A stretch of 64,000 nucleotides of DNA from an uncultured Acidimicrobiales bacterium (GCA_937922805.1 CALAJV010000001.1:98560-162559); one strand, 5' to 3'. Shown: positions 46,815-57,378, counted from the stretch's first letter. Notes: generated from the sequence alone by a model not told the origin. Translations and numbers: made by a program.

Positions 46815-48182
46815 TCACTCTCCGCCAGCCACCAGCTTGCTGATGTTCAAGATAGCTTTCCCACCCGAAGTCAGAATCGGCGAATCAATTTGGCGAAATT
46901 CGAAATCGATGTCGGTATTCGACAAATCGAACTGGGATGGCAACTCGCTAGGCTGACACGTTCTCTCGTCCCCGGTCACGTATAGGGTTGCTTTACCTGC
47001 CTCATCCTGGGCGATTTGAAGGAATCGGGCCTGATTGAAGACCTTATGATGACGGCCAAAAATGAGGCCAGTAAGCGCAATTCGCTTGCCACCTTTGTCA
47101 ACGATGTAGTCACCTTCTCGACCTGCTTCGACCCGGAACTGCTCAAGTATTCCATCCGTTAAGGTGACCGGTGAGATCTCATCGCCGCAGTCATACCTGA
47201 CGAAGGGCGAAGCCATGTTGTAGTACGAGGTGGCCACCAGCTTTGAGGTTCCGTCATCGCCACTGGCGATACTCTCCGCGAACCCGTAGCTGAGAAACGG
47301 GTTGTACACAAACTTGTCCGACTTCTCCCAGGCCAGAACCGCTCGCTCGGTGTGCCCGTACCAAGAAACCGAGTCGGCTGAAAAGACCGACTCGATTTTG
47401 TCTCTATAGACCGGAGCCGGGTACTCCGAGTTAAGCATGGTGCCCCGAACCGTATTGGCCAATGCAGCCTGCAACTCAGGGGCGTCGCTCTGGCAATAAC
47501 AAGCGAAATCGTAGATCGCGCTCGGATAGCCCTGGATGAACTCGATCTTCGTCGTGGTTAGAACCTCAGTTAACGCTTCGGCCACCCGAGCGTTTGGCTC
47601 ATAGATATTGACAAAAAAGTTGTGCCGAAGGGCGTCGTACTGGACTGGCGTTCGGCCGACGTTGCGGCCGCTAAAGGTTAGCTTTATCGAACTTTGCCGG
47701 TAGCCAAGCTTGTTCCATATGGCATGGAGGTGAGCCCACTCGTGACCGACCGAGCTTGGAGTCACGTAGAACGCCAGCGGCGATCCGGACGAGCCGCCAG
47801 TATTCTCCAGGTACCTACCAGACGCTGGCGCCGACCTTCGCTCTAGTTCGTATTCCCGAAGCATGTCTTTGGTGACAATCGGGATTTGGTCAAGGTCATC
47901 GAACTCTCGAAGGCTCTCGACCTCAAACCCTTCGGCGCGATAGAGGTCGGTGTAAAAATCAACGTTTTGAGCAGCGAACGCGGCCACAGCTCGAACCCGC
48001 TCGAACACGAAGGCTCGTTTCTGTTCGACGTCCATCGAATCGACTGCCGCTATCTCGGTAGTTCGGGCTCGGTAGACACCGCTAGTGACCGGTCGCATCC
48101 CATAAGGAATCGACGCCAGCGCTTTCCCAGCTGAAGGGGGCAGGTTCTCTACCCATCTTTTGATCTTCGGAATCAGAGCCAT
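46815..48182 (-). CDS. Adenylate-forming enzyme, phenylacetate-CoA ligase/CapK-like family
   Basis: ENTGGSSGSPLAFY phosphate-binding loop and overall length (about 455 aa) as in PaaK/CapK/F390-synthetase-like proteins. Confidence 0.65.
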   Translation of the reverse strand: MALIPKIKRWVENLPPSAGKALASIPYGMRPVTSGVYRARTTEIAAVDSMDVEQKRAFVFERVRAVAAFAAQNVDFYTDLYRAEGFEVESLREFDDLDQIPIVTKDMLREYELERRSAPASGRYLENTGGSSGSPLAFYVTPSSVGHEWAHLHAIWNKLGYRQSSIKLTFSGRNVGRTPVQYDALRHNFFVNIYEPNARVAEALTEVLTTTKIEFIQGYPSAIYDFACYCQSDAPELQAALANTVRGTMLNSEYPAPVYRDKIESVFSADSVSWYGHTERAVLAWEKSDKFVYNPFLSYGFAESIASGDDGTSKLVATSYYNMASPFVRYDCGDEISPVTLTDGILEQFRVEAGREGDYIVDKGGKRIALTGLIFGRHHKVFNQARFLQIAQDEAGKATLYVTGDERTCQPSELPSQFDLSNTDIDFEFRQIDSPILTSGGKAILNISKLVAGGE

Positions 48183-48344
48183 GAGATCAGCACGGTCAGA
48201 CTTTTTTCAGCCAGGCTCGGGTCACGAGGAAGAGATACCACGTTGGTAACTGTATTGCTGCTGGTTAACGGCAACTACTGTGACAGCAATTACTTCATTG
48301 CAATTTTTCGGCCTCTATGACTGGCACCTTCGCCTACCAACCTG

Positions 48345-50045
48345 TTGGTAGGCAGGTATTTAGTAGAGCCTGTTCGAGGACCCTCAAAAGATTCTTCGGC
48401 TCGCGCTACTACACTCTCGCCTGTGGCGGATACCACTCAAGCATCTCCTTCTGAATCGAAACCACCACCGGGTCCCGACCCGGTGAAACCGCTGCCAGAA
48501 AAGCCGTGGTGGCACCGCCATCTCTCATCCGAGGAGCGGCGACGGATCATGTCCGATTTGGCCATGACGAAAACCGAGCACTGGGCTTTCCGGTTCACGG
48601 TCATGTTGTCGCTGTCGGTTGTCGTTGCGGTGATGGGCTTGGCTTTGAACTCGGCCGCAGTTGTGATTGGAGCCATGCTGCTCGCTCCGCTCATGCAACC
48701 AGTTTTAGCCTCTGGTGCCACGCTGGCTATGGCTCTGTTCAGTCGATCGGTATTGTCGCTAGGTCGAGTGTTGCTGGCCACTGTTTGGTGTATTGCTATC
48801 TCGTACGTATTGTGGAAGTTGTTACCGGAGCAACCTTTGACGCCCGAAATTCTGGCGAGAACCAATCCAGACATTAAGGATCTTGTCGTCGCGTTGGCCG
48901 CTGGCACAGCCGGAGCGTTCGCCTCAGTCCGAGAAGACGCATCGTCGTCGCTGCCGGGCGTTGCAGTGGCCGTTGCCTTGGTCCCACCGCTAGCGACCGT
49001 GGGCATCGCGTTGGCCAATGGCGACACCGACCGTTCCCTAGGCGCCCTCTTGCTTTACACGACGAACCTGGCAGCAATTATTTTCGCTAGCATTTTGGTG
49101 TTCATCGCCACTGGTTTTGTGCCTCCCAGACGGCTTGCCAGTAATCTCAGTCGCCTCATCATCGCTTCGGTGGTTTTAGGAATTGTCGTCTCGATAATTG
49201 CAGTGCCTCTTTACAACGCTTCGGTTAGCACCAGAGAGGCCAACGACAACAGGAACTGGGTTGAGGAAGCAGTCGACATTTGGCTTGAAGACGGAGCGAA
49301 GCTTCCGAACGACTTTGAAAAAACAGTGGCTTTCGTTGATGATGACGAGAGTCAGGTCATGACGATCAAAATCGGACTCCGCAGCTTCGAACAACCACCA
49401 GACCGGACCGGCCTCATAAACCGGATCGAGCAAGAGTTCCCCAACCACAACGTTCTGGTCGAGTGGATCAAGATTGAACAGGCAACGACTACAACCACAT
49501 CTACGATTCCGCCCGACGAGAAGCGACGATTAGAACTACAAGGGCAAGCCGCCGAAATTGTCCGCCAATGGCTGCAAGATAGTGGGCTTCGGTTCCAACT
49601 AGACGAAGAAAGCGGCGTTCTTCTCGATGGCTCGATCCTCAATATCGATGCCGCTGGCAACGGTGATCCTCCGTCAATCGATGAGCTGAGCAATCGGCTC
49701 AGCGAGCAGTTCGAGATCGCGGTGACGCCAAGCTTGACCTGGACCGAACGCGAAGTTATAAATCTCGGCGATAACGAGCCGACTCCGTTGGAACAGAAGC
49801 AAGCACAGATGCAGCTCGTTATCGACGACTGGGCCAGCAGACGACGAGTGCAACTTCAGTCCTTCACCTTCGACGGTGAACGAATTGAGATTGACGTAGC
49901 CGGTGATACTCAGCCGACGTTCACCCAACTCGAACCTACGCTGCGCGAGATCGCCGAGAGTGATGTACCGGTTCGGATCTACTTCACCCAACGACAACTA
50001 GTCACCACCACGTTGCCGCCAGAAATTCCGCTCAGCGATCCATAG
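48345..50045 (+). CDS. DUF389-family membrane protein with long soluble C-terminal extension
   Basis: Multi-TM core with the GAMLLAPLMQP motif, followed by about 270 aa of hydrophilic sequence. The start codon is uncertain. Confidence 0.6.
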   Translation: MVGRYLVEPVRGPSKDSSARATTLSPVADTTQASPSESKPPPGPDPVKPLPEKPWWHRHLSSEERRRIMSDLAMTKTEHWAFRFTVMLSLSVVVAVMGLALNSAAVVIGAMLLAPLMQPVLASGATLAMALFSRSVLSLGRVLLATVWCIAISYVLWKLLPEQPLTPEILARTNPDIKDLVVALAAGTAGAFASVREDASSSLPGVAVAVALVPPLATVGIALANGDTDRSLGALLLYTTNLAAIIFASILVFIATGFVPPRRLASNLSRLIIASVVLGIVVSIIAVPLYNASVSTREANDNRNWVEEAVDIWLEDGAKLPNDFEKTVAFVDDDESQVMTIKIGLRSFEQPPDRTGLINRIEQEFPNHNVLVEWIKIEQATTTTTSTIPPDEKRRLELQGQAAEIVRQWLQDSGLRFQLDEESGVLLDGSILNIDAAGNGDPPSIDELSNRLSEQFEIAVTPSLTWTEREVINLGDNEPTPLEQKQAQMQLVIDDWASRRRVQLQSFTFDGERIEIDVAGDTQPTFTQLEPTLREIAESDVPVRIYFTQRQLVTTTLPPEIPLSDP

Positions 50046-50323
50046 GGCCGCCGGCCGAAGAGCTCCGACAGTCAGCAGATTGTCGTTCTATCTGAAGGAG
50101 TCCGAGCACTAACTTTCCAGCCGTGCTCGCAATTGGGCGGCGAAAGCGGTAACTGGGTAGCCTCCCCGACCATCTGAGTTACCCGACGGTTACGCCATAC
50201 TGTTTGCCGTCAGGGCATTGGTACAAGCCCGAGCCCATCTCAACGCAAGCCAAAGGCATCATCACTAGATTTTCCGGTGGTGTAATTTTGACAACCGAAT
50301 ATTACCGGCCCTACATTTCGGTG

Positions 50324-51997
50324 ATGCGACGCTCGTTACTTGCCCCGCCGCTCACCTCGTCGGTTGATGTTCACTCCGAACTATTCATCAAGAACCGCGA
50401 AGATCTGACTGAACAGCTCGATATTCATAACCAACTATTGGACCGAGCCGCCCAAGGGGGCGGCCAAACTGCGATCGAACGCCACCGCTCCCGCGGGAAA
50501 CTTCCCATTCGGGAACGAATCGCCCACGTCCTCGATCCCGACACCCCGTTTCTAGAAATCAGCCCACTCGCTGGCTACGGGACCGAGTATGCGTTGGGCG
50601 GCGGCATGGTGGCCGGAGTAGGAATAATTGCCGGCACCGAATGCGTAGTAATGGGCAATGACCCAACAGTGATGGCCGGAGCGTTAACCCCGTACGCATC
50701 GAAAAAGTGGATGCGTGCTCTGGAGATATCCCGCGATAATCGAATTCCCTATGTCAGTTTCGTCGAATCTGCTGGCGGCGACCTTCGGGTCGGCCCAGGC
50801 GATGCCCCCGAGGCTGACGATGACCCGCTGAACGCCAGCGGCGACGCCGTCAACCCTCTGCATTTTGCCGAAACCGGACGGTTCTTTTATGAGATGATCG
50901 AACTGTCGAAAATGCGGATACCAACCGTGTGCGTAGTTTTCGGTTCGTCTACTGCTGGCGGCGCTTACCAACCCGGGTTGTCCGACTACAACATTTTCAT
51001 CAAGGAACAATCGTATGCGTTCTTGGCCGGACCGCCGCTGGTAAAGATGGCCACCGGCGAGATCGCCGATTCGGAAACTATCGGCGGTGCTCAAAAACAC
51101 GCTGAGGTCTCCGGGTTAGCCGAGTACCTGGCCGAAGATGAGATGGACGCCATTCGGATGTGTCGAGAGGTGGTCTCCCATTTGAACTGGCGCAAGCCCG
51201 ATCGGCAACTACTCGAAGATACCGAAGAACCGATTCACGACCCAGACGAGTTGCTCGGCCTGGTGAGTCGAGACTTGAAGGCACCGGTTGATGTTCGAGA
51301 CGTGATCGGCCGAATTGCAGACGGCTCTCGGTTCGAGGAGTTCAAAGCCCGGTACGGGACATCCATGGTCTGTGGCTGGACGTCAATTCATGGGTTCCCT
51401 GTCGGTGTCATCGGCAACAACGGAGTCATATACCCGGACTCAGCCCAAAAAGCAGCTCATTTCATTCAGCTCTGCAATCAAATTGATGTCCCGTTGGTTT
51501 TTCTGCAGAACATTACCGGCTTCATGGTCGGCAAAGACTACGAATCGGACGGCATCATCAAAAAAGGGTCACAGATGATTAACGCCGTTACCAATTCCAC
51601 TGTTCCCCACTTAACAATTATCATCGGCTCCTCCTACGGCGCCGGGACATACGGCATGTCGGGGCGAGCGTTTGGCAACCGTTTTACCTTCATATGGCCG
51701 ACAGCCAAGATCGCAGTGATGGGCCCGAAACAAATTGCTGGGGTGATGTCAGAAGTTCGCCGAGGGCAAGCGAAACGCCGCGGAATCGAGTTCGACGAAG
51801 AAGAAGACGCCAAAATGGTGGCCATGGTTGAAGCGGTTCACGAAAAGGGATCGCTAGCGCTTAATGCGACCGGTGCTATCAGCGACGATGGGATCATCGA
51901 CCCTCGAGACACTCGAACAGTCTTAGGTATGTGCTTGAGTGTGGTGGGCAATCGAGAAGTGCAGGGCACTTCCGAGTTTGGAGTGTTCCGACTGTGA
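50324..51997 (+). CDS. Acyl-CoA carboxylase carboxyltransferase (beta) subunit, methylcrotonyl/geranyl-CoA carboxylase type
   Basis: Two carboxyltransferase halves (GKLPIRERI...GVGIIAG; GFPVGVIGNNG...AHFIQLCNQIDVPLVFLQNITGFMVG). The ATG at 50324 is preferred over the track's upstream TTG. Confidence 0.85.
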   Translation: MRRSLLAPPLTSSVDVHSELFIKNREDLTEQLDIHNQLLDRAAQGGGQTAIERHRSRGKLPIRERIAHVLDPDTPFLEISPLAGYGTEYALGGGMVAGVGIIAGTECVVMGNDPTVMAGALTPYASKKWMRALEISRDNRIPYVSFVESAGGDLRVGPGDAPEADDDPLNASGDAVNPLHFAETGRFFYEMIELSKMRIPTVCVVFGSSTAGGAYQPGLSDYNIFIKEQSYAFLAGPPLVKMATGEIADSETIGGAQKHAEVSGLAEYLAEDEMDAIRMCREVVSHLNWRKPDRQLLEDTEEPIHDPDELLGLVSRDLKAPVDVRDVIGRIADGSRFEEFKARYGTSMVCGWTSIHGFPVGVIGNNGVIYPDSAQKAAHFIQLCNQIDVPLVFLQNITGFMVGKDYESDGIIKKGSQMINAVTNSTVPHLTIIIGSSYGAGTYGMSGRAFGNRFTFIWPTAKIAVMGPKQIAGVMSEVRRGQAKRRGIEFDEEEDAKMVAMVEAVHEKGSLALNATGAISDDGIIDPRDTRTVLGMCLSVVGNREVQGTSEFGVFRL

Positions 51998-54054
51998 ATC
52001 CCCTAACCGCTAGCAACTCGACTGTGAGCGATTTGACGAGCACTACCCCAATTCGATCGGTACTAGTTGCCAATAGGGGTGAGATTGCGCGTCGAATTTT
52101 TGCTACCGCTCGATCGATGGGTCTGGCCACCGTTGCTGTTTATACCAGCCAAGATGCTGATGCTCCGTTCGTTACCGAAGCAGACAAAGCAATTCGCCTA
52201 CCAGAGGGTTACCTCGACATCGACCGGATCGTTGCCGCCGGCCTAACATCGGGAGCCGACGCCATTCACCCCGGCTACGGGTTCCTTAGTGAAAACTCCA
52301 AGTTTGCTCGCGCCGTAATCGGTGCTGGTATCACCTGGGTTGGACCGAGCCCCCATGTGATCGAAACCATGGGGGACAAAATTGCGGCTAAGGCTGAGGC
52401 CGCTTCGGCTGGAGTTCCTATCTTGCCATCGTCGAACATCCTCGATCAGTACAACGAGGTTGGGTTTCCGCTTCTCGTTAAAGCGTCAGCCGGTGGTGGC
52501 GGCAAGGGGATGAAGCTGGTGACGGCTCAGAACGAGCTAGCTGAAGCAATCTCATCAGCCCAGCGAGAGGCGGCATCGGCATTCGGGGACGATCGGGTGT
52601 TCCTCGAGCGCTACATTCCCCAGGCTCGCCATGTGGAGATCCAGATTCTTGGCGATTCCCACGGCAACATCATTCACCTGGGAGAACGAGAATGTTCTAT
52701 TCAACGCCGCCATCAAAAAATTATTGAAGAAGCCCCGTCCCCCCGGCTAGAGAACGAAACTCGTCAGGCCATGGCCGAAGCCGCCTTACGTTTGGGTCGA
52801 GCAATCGGCTACCAATCCGCCGGAACGGTCGAATTTCTGGTTGACGACGCCACTGGTGACTATTTCTTTCTGGAGACCAACACGCGGCTTCAGGTGGAAC
52901 ATCCAGTAACCGAGGAAGTAACCGGGCTCGACCTGGTACGCCAACAACTTCTGGTCGCTCAGGGACAACGCCTTGCACGTACCCAAGAACAGGTAGTCGC
53001 CACTGGCCATGCCATCGAAGCCCGCATCTACGCCGAAGATCCAGCCAACAATTTTCTGCCTGCTGCCGGCGCCATCGAAACATGGATTGAGCCGACCTCG
53101 GAAGGGGTTCGGTGGGACTCCGGAGTCGTTTCGGGCCAGAGGGTCAGCGTTGACTACGACCCCATGTTGGCCAAAGTCATCAGCCACGGACCAACCAGGC
53201 CGGAAGCAGCCGGACTATTAGCTCGAGCCCTTGAACAGCTTCACCTCGGAGGACTAACTACCAATCGCGACTACCTAGTTGCTGTCCTTCGAAGTCCACA
53301 ATTTCTCGCCGGAGACACGACGACCGACTTCGTCGACCGGGTCCAAGTCGATACGACCCCGACCTCCACCGCCATCGAGCTGGCTGCGATGGCGGCCATG
53401 CTGTGGTCACAATGCCGGAATCGACACGCCGACACTGTTTGGGGGTTTGCCCCTTCTAACTGGCGCAACGGCGGCCTAGGTCCTAGCGAAATTTCGTTTC
53501 GTCACGGTGACCATGAGCCGCTCACGGTGCGGTACCGAGCTGAACGAAACGGACAGTTCACCGCAACGATTGGCGATGTTGATCGGACACTCGAACTAGT
53601 CGACGCCAACACCAACTATCAGCGAGGTCAGAAACGAGGAGACAGGCCAGACGCTGACTTTGTCGAGTTCTTAGTCGACGGAGAGCGACAGCGGCACCTA
53701 GTTACAGAGAGTTCGACCGCTATTCACGTGCAGGTTGATGCCACCACGGTGTCGCTAAAGAAAATTCCAAGATTTACGGTGCCAGGGTCAGAACTTCCCG
53801 CCGGCGGGCTAGTTGCACCCATGCCCGGCGTGGTTACCGACATTCGATGTACGGTCGGCGATGATGTGGTCGCTGGTCAAGTGCTAGTGGTTCTCGAAGC
53901 GATGAAAATGGAACATCATGTCAAAGCACCGACTGGTGGAACGGTGACTGCGGTGCCGATCACCGTAGGGGCCCAGCTCGACTCTGGAGTGCCTCTGGTA
54001 ATCATCGAACGTTCCGACGAACCCGAAGGGAACGACGAAGACCATGATGGCTAA
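51994..54054 (+). CDS. Acyl-CoA carboxylase alpha subunit (biotin carboxylase + biotinyl carrier domain)
   Basis: IRSVLVANRGEIARRI, ATP-grasp GGGGKGM and the EAMKMEH biotinylation motif. GTG at 51994 overlaps the upstream TGA (GTGA). Confidence 0.85.
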   Translation: MNPLTASNSTVSDLTSTTPIRSVLVANRGEIARRIFATARSMGLATVAVYTSQDADAPFVTEADKAIRLPEGYLDIDRIVAAGLTSGADAIHPGYGFLSENSKFARAVIGAGITWVGPSPHVIETMGDKIAAKAEAASAGVPILPSSNILDQYNEVGFPLLVKASAGGGGKGMKLVTAQNELAEAISSAQREAASAFGDDRVFLERYIPQARHVEIQILGDSHGNIIHLGERECSIQRRHQKIIEEAPSPRLENETRQAMAEAALRLGRAIGYQSAGTVEFLVDDATGDYFFLETNTRLQVEHPVTEEVTGLDLVRQQLLVAQGQRLARTQEQVVATGHAIEARIYAEDPANNFLPAAGAIETWIEPTSEGVRWDSGVVSGQRVSVDYDPMLAKVISHGPTRPEAAGLLARALEQLHLGGLTTNRDYLVAVLRSPQFLAGDTTTDFVDRVQVDTTPTSTAIELAAMAAMLWSQCRNRHADTVWGFAPSNWRNGGLGPSEISFRHGDHEPLTVRYRAERNGQFTATIGDVDRTLELVDANTNYQRGQKRGDRPDADFVEFLVDGERQRHLVTESSTAIHVQVDATTVSLKKIPRFTVPGSELPAGGLVAPMPGVVTDIRCTVGDDVVAGQVLVVLEAMKMEHHVKAPTGGTVTAVPITVGAQLDSGVPLVIIERSDEPEGNDEDHDG

Positions 54055-55849
54055 GTCGACGACTAACGAAGATGGAGCTTCGGAGCCGATCAAGATAGCT
54101 AACTGCTCCGGCTATTACGGCGATCAGATTGATGCCGCTCGTCAGATGGTCGACGGAGGACCAATTGATGCGTTAACCGGCGATTGGCTAGCTGAGCTAA
54201 CGATGTTGATCCTCGCTCGAACCAGAGCCAAACACCCAGGAGGCGGTTACGCCCGAACCTTTGTTACCCAGATGGAACAGGTCATGGGCAGTTGCCTCGA
54301 CAAAGGCATCAAGGTTGTCTCGAACGCCGGAGGGCTCGATCCCAGCCATTGCGCCGAAGCGGTTTACGAAGTGGGCGAAAAACTGGGGCTCAGCCCCACC
54401 GTCGCCTACGTCGACGGCGACAACCTACTCGAACGGCTCGACGAGCTAAAGCAATCCGGCCACCCGGTTCTCGATTTCGGAACCGGTCGACCTGTCTCCG
54501 ATCAAGACTACATATCAGCCAACGCCTATCTCGGTTGTTGGGGGATCGTCGAAGCGCTCGAGCAAGGAGCCGACATCGTCGTCACCGGTCGGACTACCGA
54601 CGCTGCCATCGTTTGTGGACCAGCCGCTTGGCATCATGGGTGGTCACAGACCGATTGGGACAAAATGGCTGGAGCGGTCGCGGCCGGACACATCATCGAA
54701 TGTGGAACTCAGGCGACCGGCGGCAACTACTCGTTCTTCACCGAGCTAGACGGAATGGACCACACCGCTTTTCCTATAGCCGAAATAGCGGCGGACGGCT
54801 CTAGCATTATCACCAAACATCCTGGCACCGGAGGAGCCGTAACCGTTGGCACGGTCACTTCGCAGCTGCTGTACGAGATCGGCTCCCCCTCCTACCTCGG
54901 CCCCGACGTAACCGCCCGATTCGACAGTCTTTCGTTGGAGCAACTCCAACCGAACCGGGTTCAGGTCAGCGAGGTTCGAGGTGAGCCGCCACCCACGACC
55001 TTGAAAGTGTCAATGAACAGCTGGGGTGGCTACCGGACCGACTTCCGACTTGCGCTCACTGGGCTAGACATCGACGCCAAGGCGAACTTGTTAGAACAAA
55101 TCTTATGGCGATCAACGCCCCATTCTCCCGACGATTTTGACTCGGTCACCGTTACCACGGTCCCAACCACCAAGATCGATCCAGCCAGCAACGCTGAGGC
55201 GGTCTCGACCTGGCATGTGACCATCAAAGATCGAGACGAAAATAAAGCTAAGTCGGTGGCGTCAGCATTACCCAACATGGGCTTGGCCTCAATTCCTGGC
55301 TTCTTCGGACTACCCGGTACTGCAGTAGCGCAACCATTTGGAGTGCATACCGCCGGCTTGATCGACGCCAACGTAGTACCACAGAACGTGGTTGTACTCG
55401 ACGGCGCCCGAACTGTTGTTGACTCGGCCATTGAGGCCTCAGGAGCCGTAGCCGAGCCGCCACTCGGAGCTGACCAGCTGCCATCACCCCCACCGACAGA
55501 CATGACCAAGTCGGCACCATTAGGACTTCTGGTAGGCGCCCGGTCGGGAGACAAAGGTGGCGACGCCAACCTCGGACTCTTCACCCGTTCGGCTGACGCC
55601 TATGCCTGGCTCTTTCATGAACTGACCGTCACCCGGCTACAAGAGCTTCTGCCCGAAGCCGCCGACCTTCCGATCGAACGGTACGAACTTCCCAAGATCT
55701 GGTCGCTCAATTTTGTGATCCGAGGACTTCTGCAAGAAGGGGTTGCGTCGTCGACTCGCCTGGATGGACAGGCCAAAAGCCTGGGCGAATGGATACGGGC
55801 CCGCCATGTTGAAATCCCGGTGTCCCTCCTCGACTACGAACAGCGATAA
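54044..55849 (+). CDS. AtuA-like (DUF1446) acyclic-terpene-utilisation family protein
   Basis: The N-terminal IKIANCSGYYGD...DALTGDWLAELTM is typical of DUF1446/AtuA. It follows the carboxylase genes as in atu clusters. Confidence 0.65.
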   Translation: MMAKSTTNEDGASEPIKIANCSGYYGDQIDAARQMVDGGPIDALTGDWLAELTMLILARTRAKHPGGGYARTFVTQMEQVMGSCLDKGIKVVSNAGGLDPSHCAEAVYEVGEKLGLSPTVAYVDGDNLLERLDELKQSGHPVLDFGTGRPVSDQDYISANAYLGCWGIVEALEQGADIVVTGRTTDAAIVCGPAAWHHGWSQTDWDKMAGAVAAGHIIECGTQATGGNYSFFTELDGMDHTAFPIAEIAADGSSIITKHPGTGGAVTVGTVTSQLLYEIGSPSYLGPDVTARFDSLSLEQLQPNRVQVSEVRGEPPPTTLKVSMNSWGGYRTDFRLALTGLDIDAKANLLEQILWRSTPHSPDDFDSVTVTTVPTTKIDPASNAEAVSTWHVTIKDRDENKAKSVASALPNMGLASIPGFFGLPGTAVAQPFGVHTAGLIDANVVPQNVVVLDGARTVVDSAIEASGAVAEPPLGADQLPSPPPTDMTKSAPLGLLVGARSGDKGGDANLGLFTRSADAYAWLFHELTVTRLQELLPEAADLPIERYELPKIWSLNFVIRGLLQEGVASSTRLDGQAKSLGEWIRARHVEIPVSLLDYEQR

Positions 55850-56538
55850 TGACAACCAAAACGACGGAGCAATCCGACACAAAACCGGCCGAACGGCTTC
55901 GGGGGCTCATAAACCGTACCGTTCGAACAGTCCCCATCCCTCCACCGGTCTTGTCGAACGACGAGGAAGCTCAATTGTCAGACCGGCAACGTGAGCTACT
56001 TGAACAGCTCGGCACCATCTTTCAAGCCGGGTTCGCCGACTTGACCATGGCTGATTTGGCAGACCAGCTCAACTGTTCGCTACGCACGCTCTATTTGCTG
56101 GCCAGCAGCCGCAACCAACTGGTAACGATGGTTATCGACCGGACTTTGCGCGACCATGGTCGGGCCGCTCAAAACGCTATGGCCTCCGCCGGATCCGTTG
56201 TCGAAGCGCTTGAGAAATTCCTAATCGCTGCCAACGACGCAGTGAGCGAAGTGAACCCGAACTTCGCCACCGACATGTCTGAGATCCCCGAAGGCGCCGC
56301 CCTCAACGAAGCGCACAGTTCATATCTGATTGCAGTTACCAAAGCACTACTTACCCTCGCGATCAAGCGGGGCGAGCTCGCTCCGGTAGACACCGCGGCG
56401 TTAGCTCGCATGCTTGGTGGACTAGGCCGAGACTTCGCCCGGCCAGAGGTACTACCAACTCTGGACAACAGCCCAGCCCAGTCGGCCAATGCAATGGTTA
56501 CGCTCGTGGTCAACGCCGCTAAACTTACCAGCCTCTAG
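55849..56538 (+). CDS. TetR/AcrR-family transcriptional regulator
   Basis: N-terminal helix-turn-helix FADLTMADLADQLNCSLRTLYLLASSRNQL and a helical C-terminal domain. The start overlaps the upstream stop (TAATG). Confidence 0.7.
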   Translation: MTTKTTEQSDTKPAERLRGLINRTVRTVPIPPPVLSNDEEAQLSDRQRELLEQLGTIFQAGFADLTMADLADQLNCSLRTLYLLASSRNQLVTMVIDRTLRDHGRAAQNAMASAGSVVEALEKFLIAANDAVSEVNPNFATDMSEIPEGAALNEAHSSYLIAVTKALLTLAIKRGELAPVDTAALARMLGGLGRDFARPEVLPTLDNSPAQSANAMVTLVVNAAKLTSL

Positions 56539-56571
56539 CAGCTCAGGCCGAGGGAGCGAACGGCAGCGGCG

Positions 56572-57378
56572 CTACTCGGAATCGTCGACCCGAACAAACT
56601 CACCGCCGTCGACCACGATCGTTTGACCCGTCATCCATGAGGCGTCGGCGGCAAGAAACAAAGCGGCCCGACCAATGTCTTCGGGTTCGCCCAGGCGTTT
56701 TGTCGGCATCATTTCGGCCACCTCCTTGCCTCGCTCACCTTCCCACAGCACCCGAGCAAAATCGGTTCGGATCAGACCGGGGGCGATGCAGTTGACGGTC
56801 GCTTGGGGTCCAAGTTCAGCGCCAAGTTGCTTAGTCATATGGATAAGTGTGGATTTGAACATGCAGTAGACACCGATATGACGACTGGTTTTGAGACCAC
56901 CGACCGAAGCAATGTTGATAACCCGCCCGCCGTTATCTTTCATCCACTTGTTCCAGGCCAGCTGTGTCCACAGCAAAGGCCCGCGCACATTCACCTCATA
57001 GGTTTTGTCGAGCATGCTCGCTTCAACATCGATCGTGCGACCATTGTGAGGGTTAGTGGCAGCGTTATTGACCAAGATGTCGAGGGATCCGAACCGCTCG
57101 ATCGTTTCGTCCATCACCCGCTCGCCTTGCTCCGGGTCTCCAACATGGCTAACTCGCCAGTCGACCTGACCAGCCAAACCTTGGAGGTCGGCAACGGCCT
57201 GTTCACACTTATCTGCCTTACGAGAAGTAATCATCACGTTGCAGCCAGCTCTAAGAAATACTGTGGCAATTCCCTTCCCAATCCCGGCAGAACCACCGGT
57301 AATCAAAGCAGTCTTGCCCTCAAGTTTCTGATTTAGATTCTCAACTACCGGTTCTACATGGCCCGCTGCGTCTGACAT
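56572..57378 (-). CDS. SDR-family oxidoreductase
   Basis: TGGSAGIGKG cofactor motif, NNAA, and the catalytic Y-x-x-x-K (YCMFKS). Confidence 0.85.
   Translation of the reverse strand: MSDAAGHVEPVVENLNQKLEGKTALITGGSAGIGKGIATVFLRAGCNVMITSRKADKCEQAVADLQGLAGQVDWRVSHVGDPEQGERVMDETIERFGSLDILVNNAATNPHNGRTIDVEASMLDKTYEVNVRGPLLWTQLAWNKWMKDNGGRVINIASVGGLKTSRHIGVYCMFKSTLIHMTKQLGAELGPQATVNCIAPGLIRTDFARVLWEGERGKEVAEMMPTKRLGEPEDIGRAALFLAADASWMTGQTIVVDGGEFVRVDDSE

Noticed and set aside
48437-49027. 196-aa minus-strand ORF
   Set aside because: It is antisense to the TM core of the DUF389 gene. Its composition (A/S/T/G-rich) mirrors the sense-strand hydrophobic codons.
51931-51993. Upstream extension of the carboxylase alpha subunit ORF
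   Set aside because: It would overlap the beta-subunit gene by 67 nt. GTG at 51994 forms a GTGA junction with the upstream stop and precedes the conserved IRSVLVANRGEIA N-terminus at normal distance.
54292-55584. Arg-rich 170-aa plus-strand ORF (54292-54804) and 184-aa minus-strand ORF (55030-55584)
   Set aside because: Both lie inside the AtuA-like gene in other frames. Their extreme Arg/Ser/Pro composition is typical of off-frame GC-rich translation.
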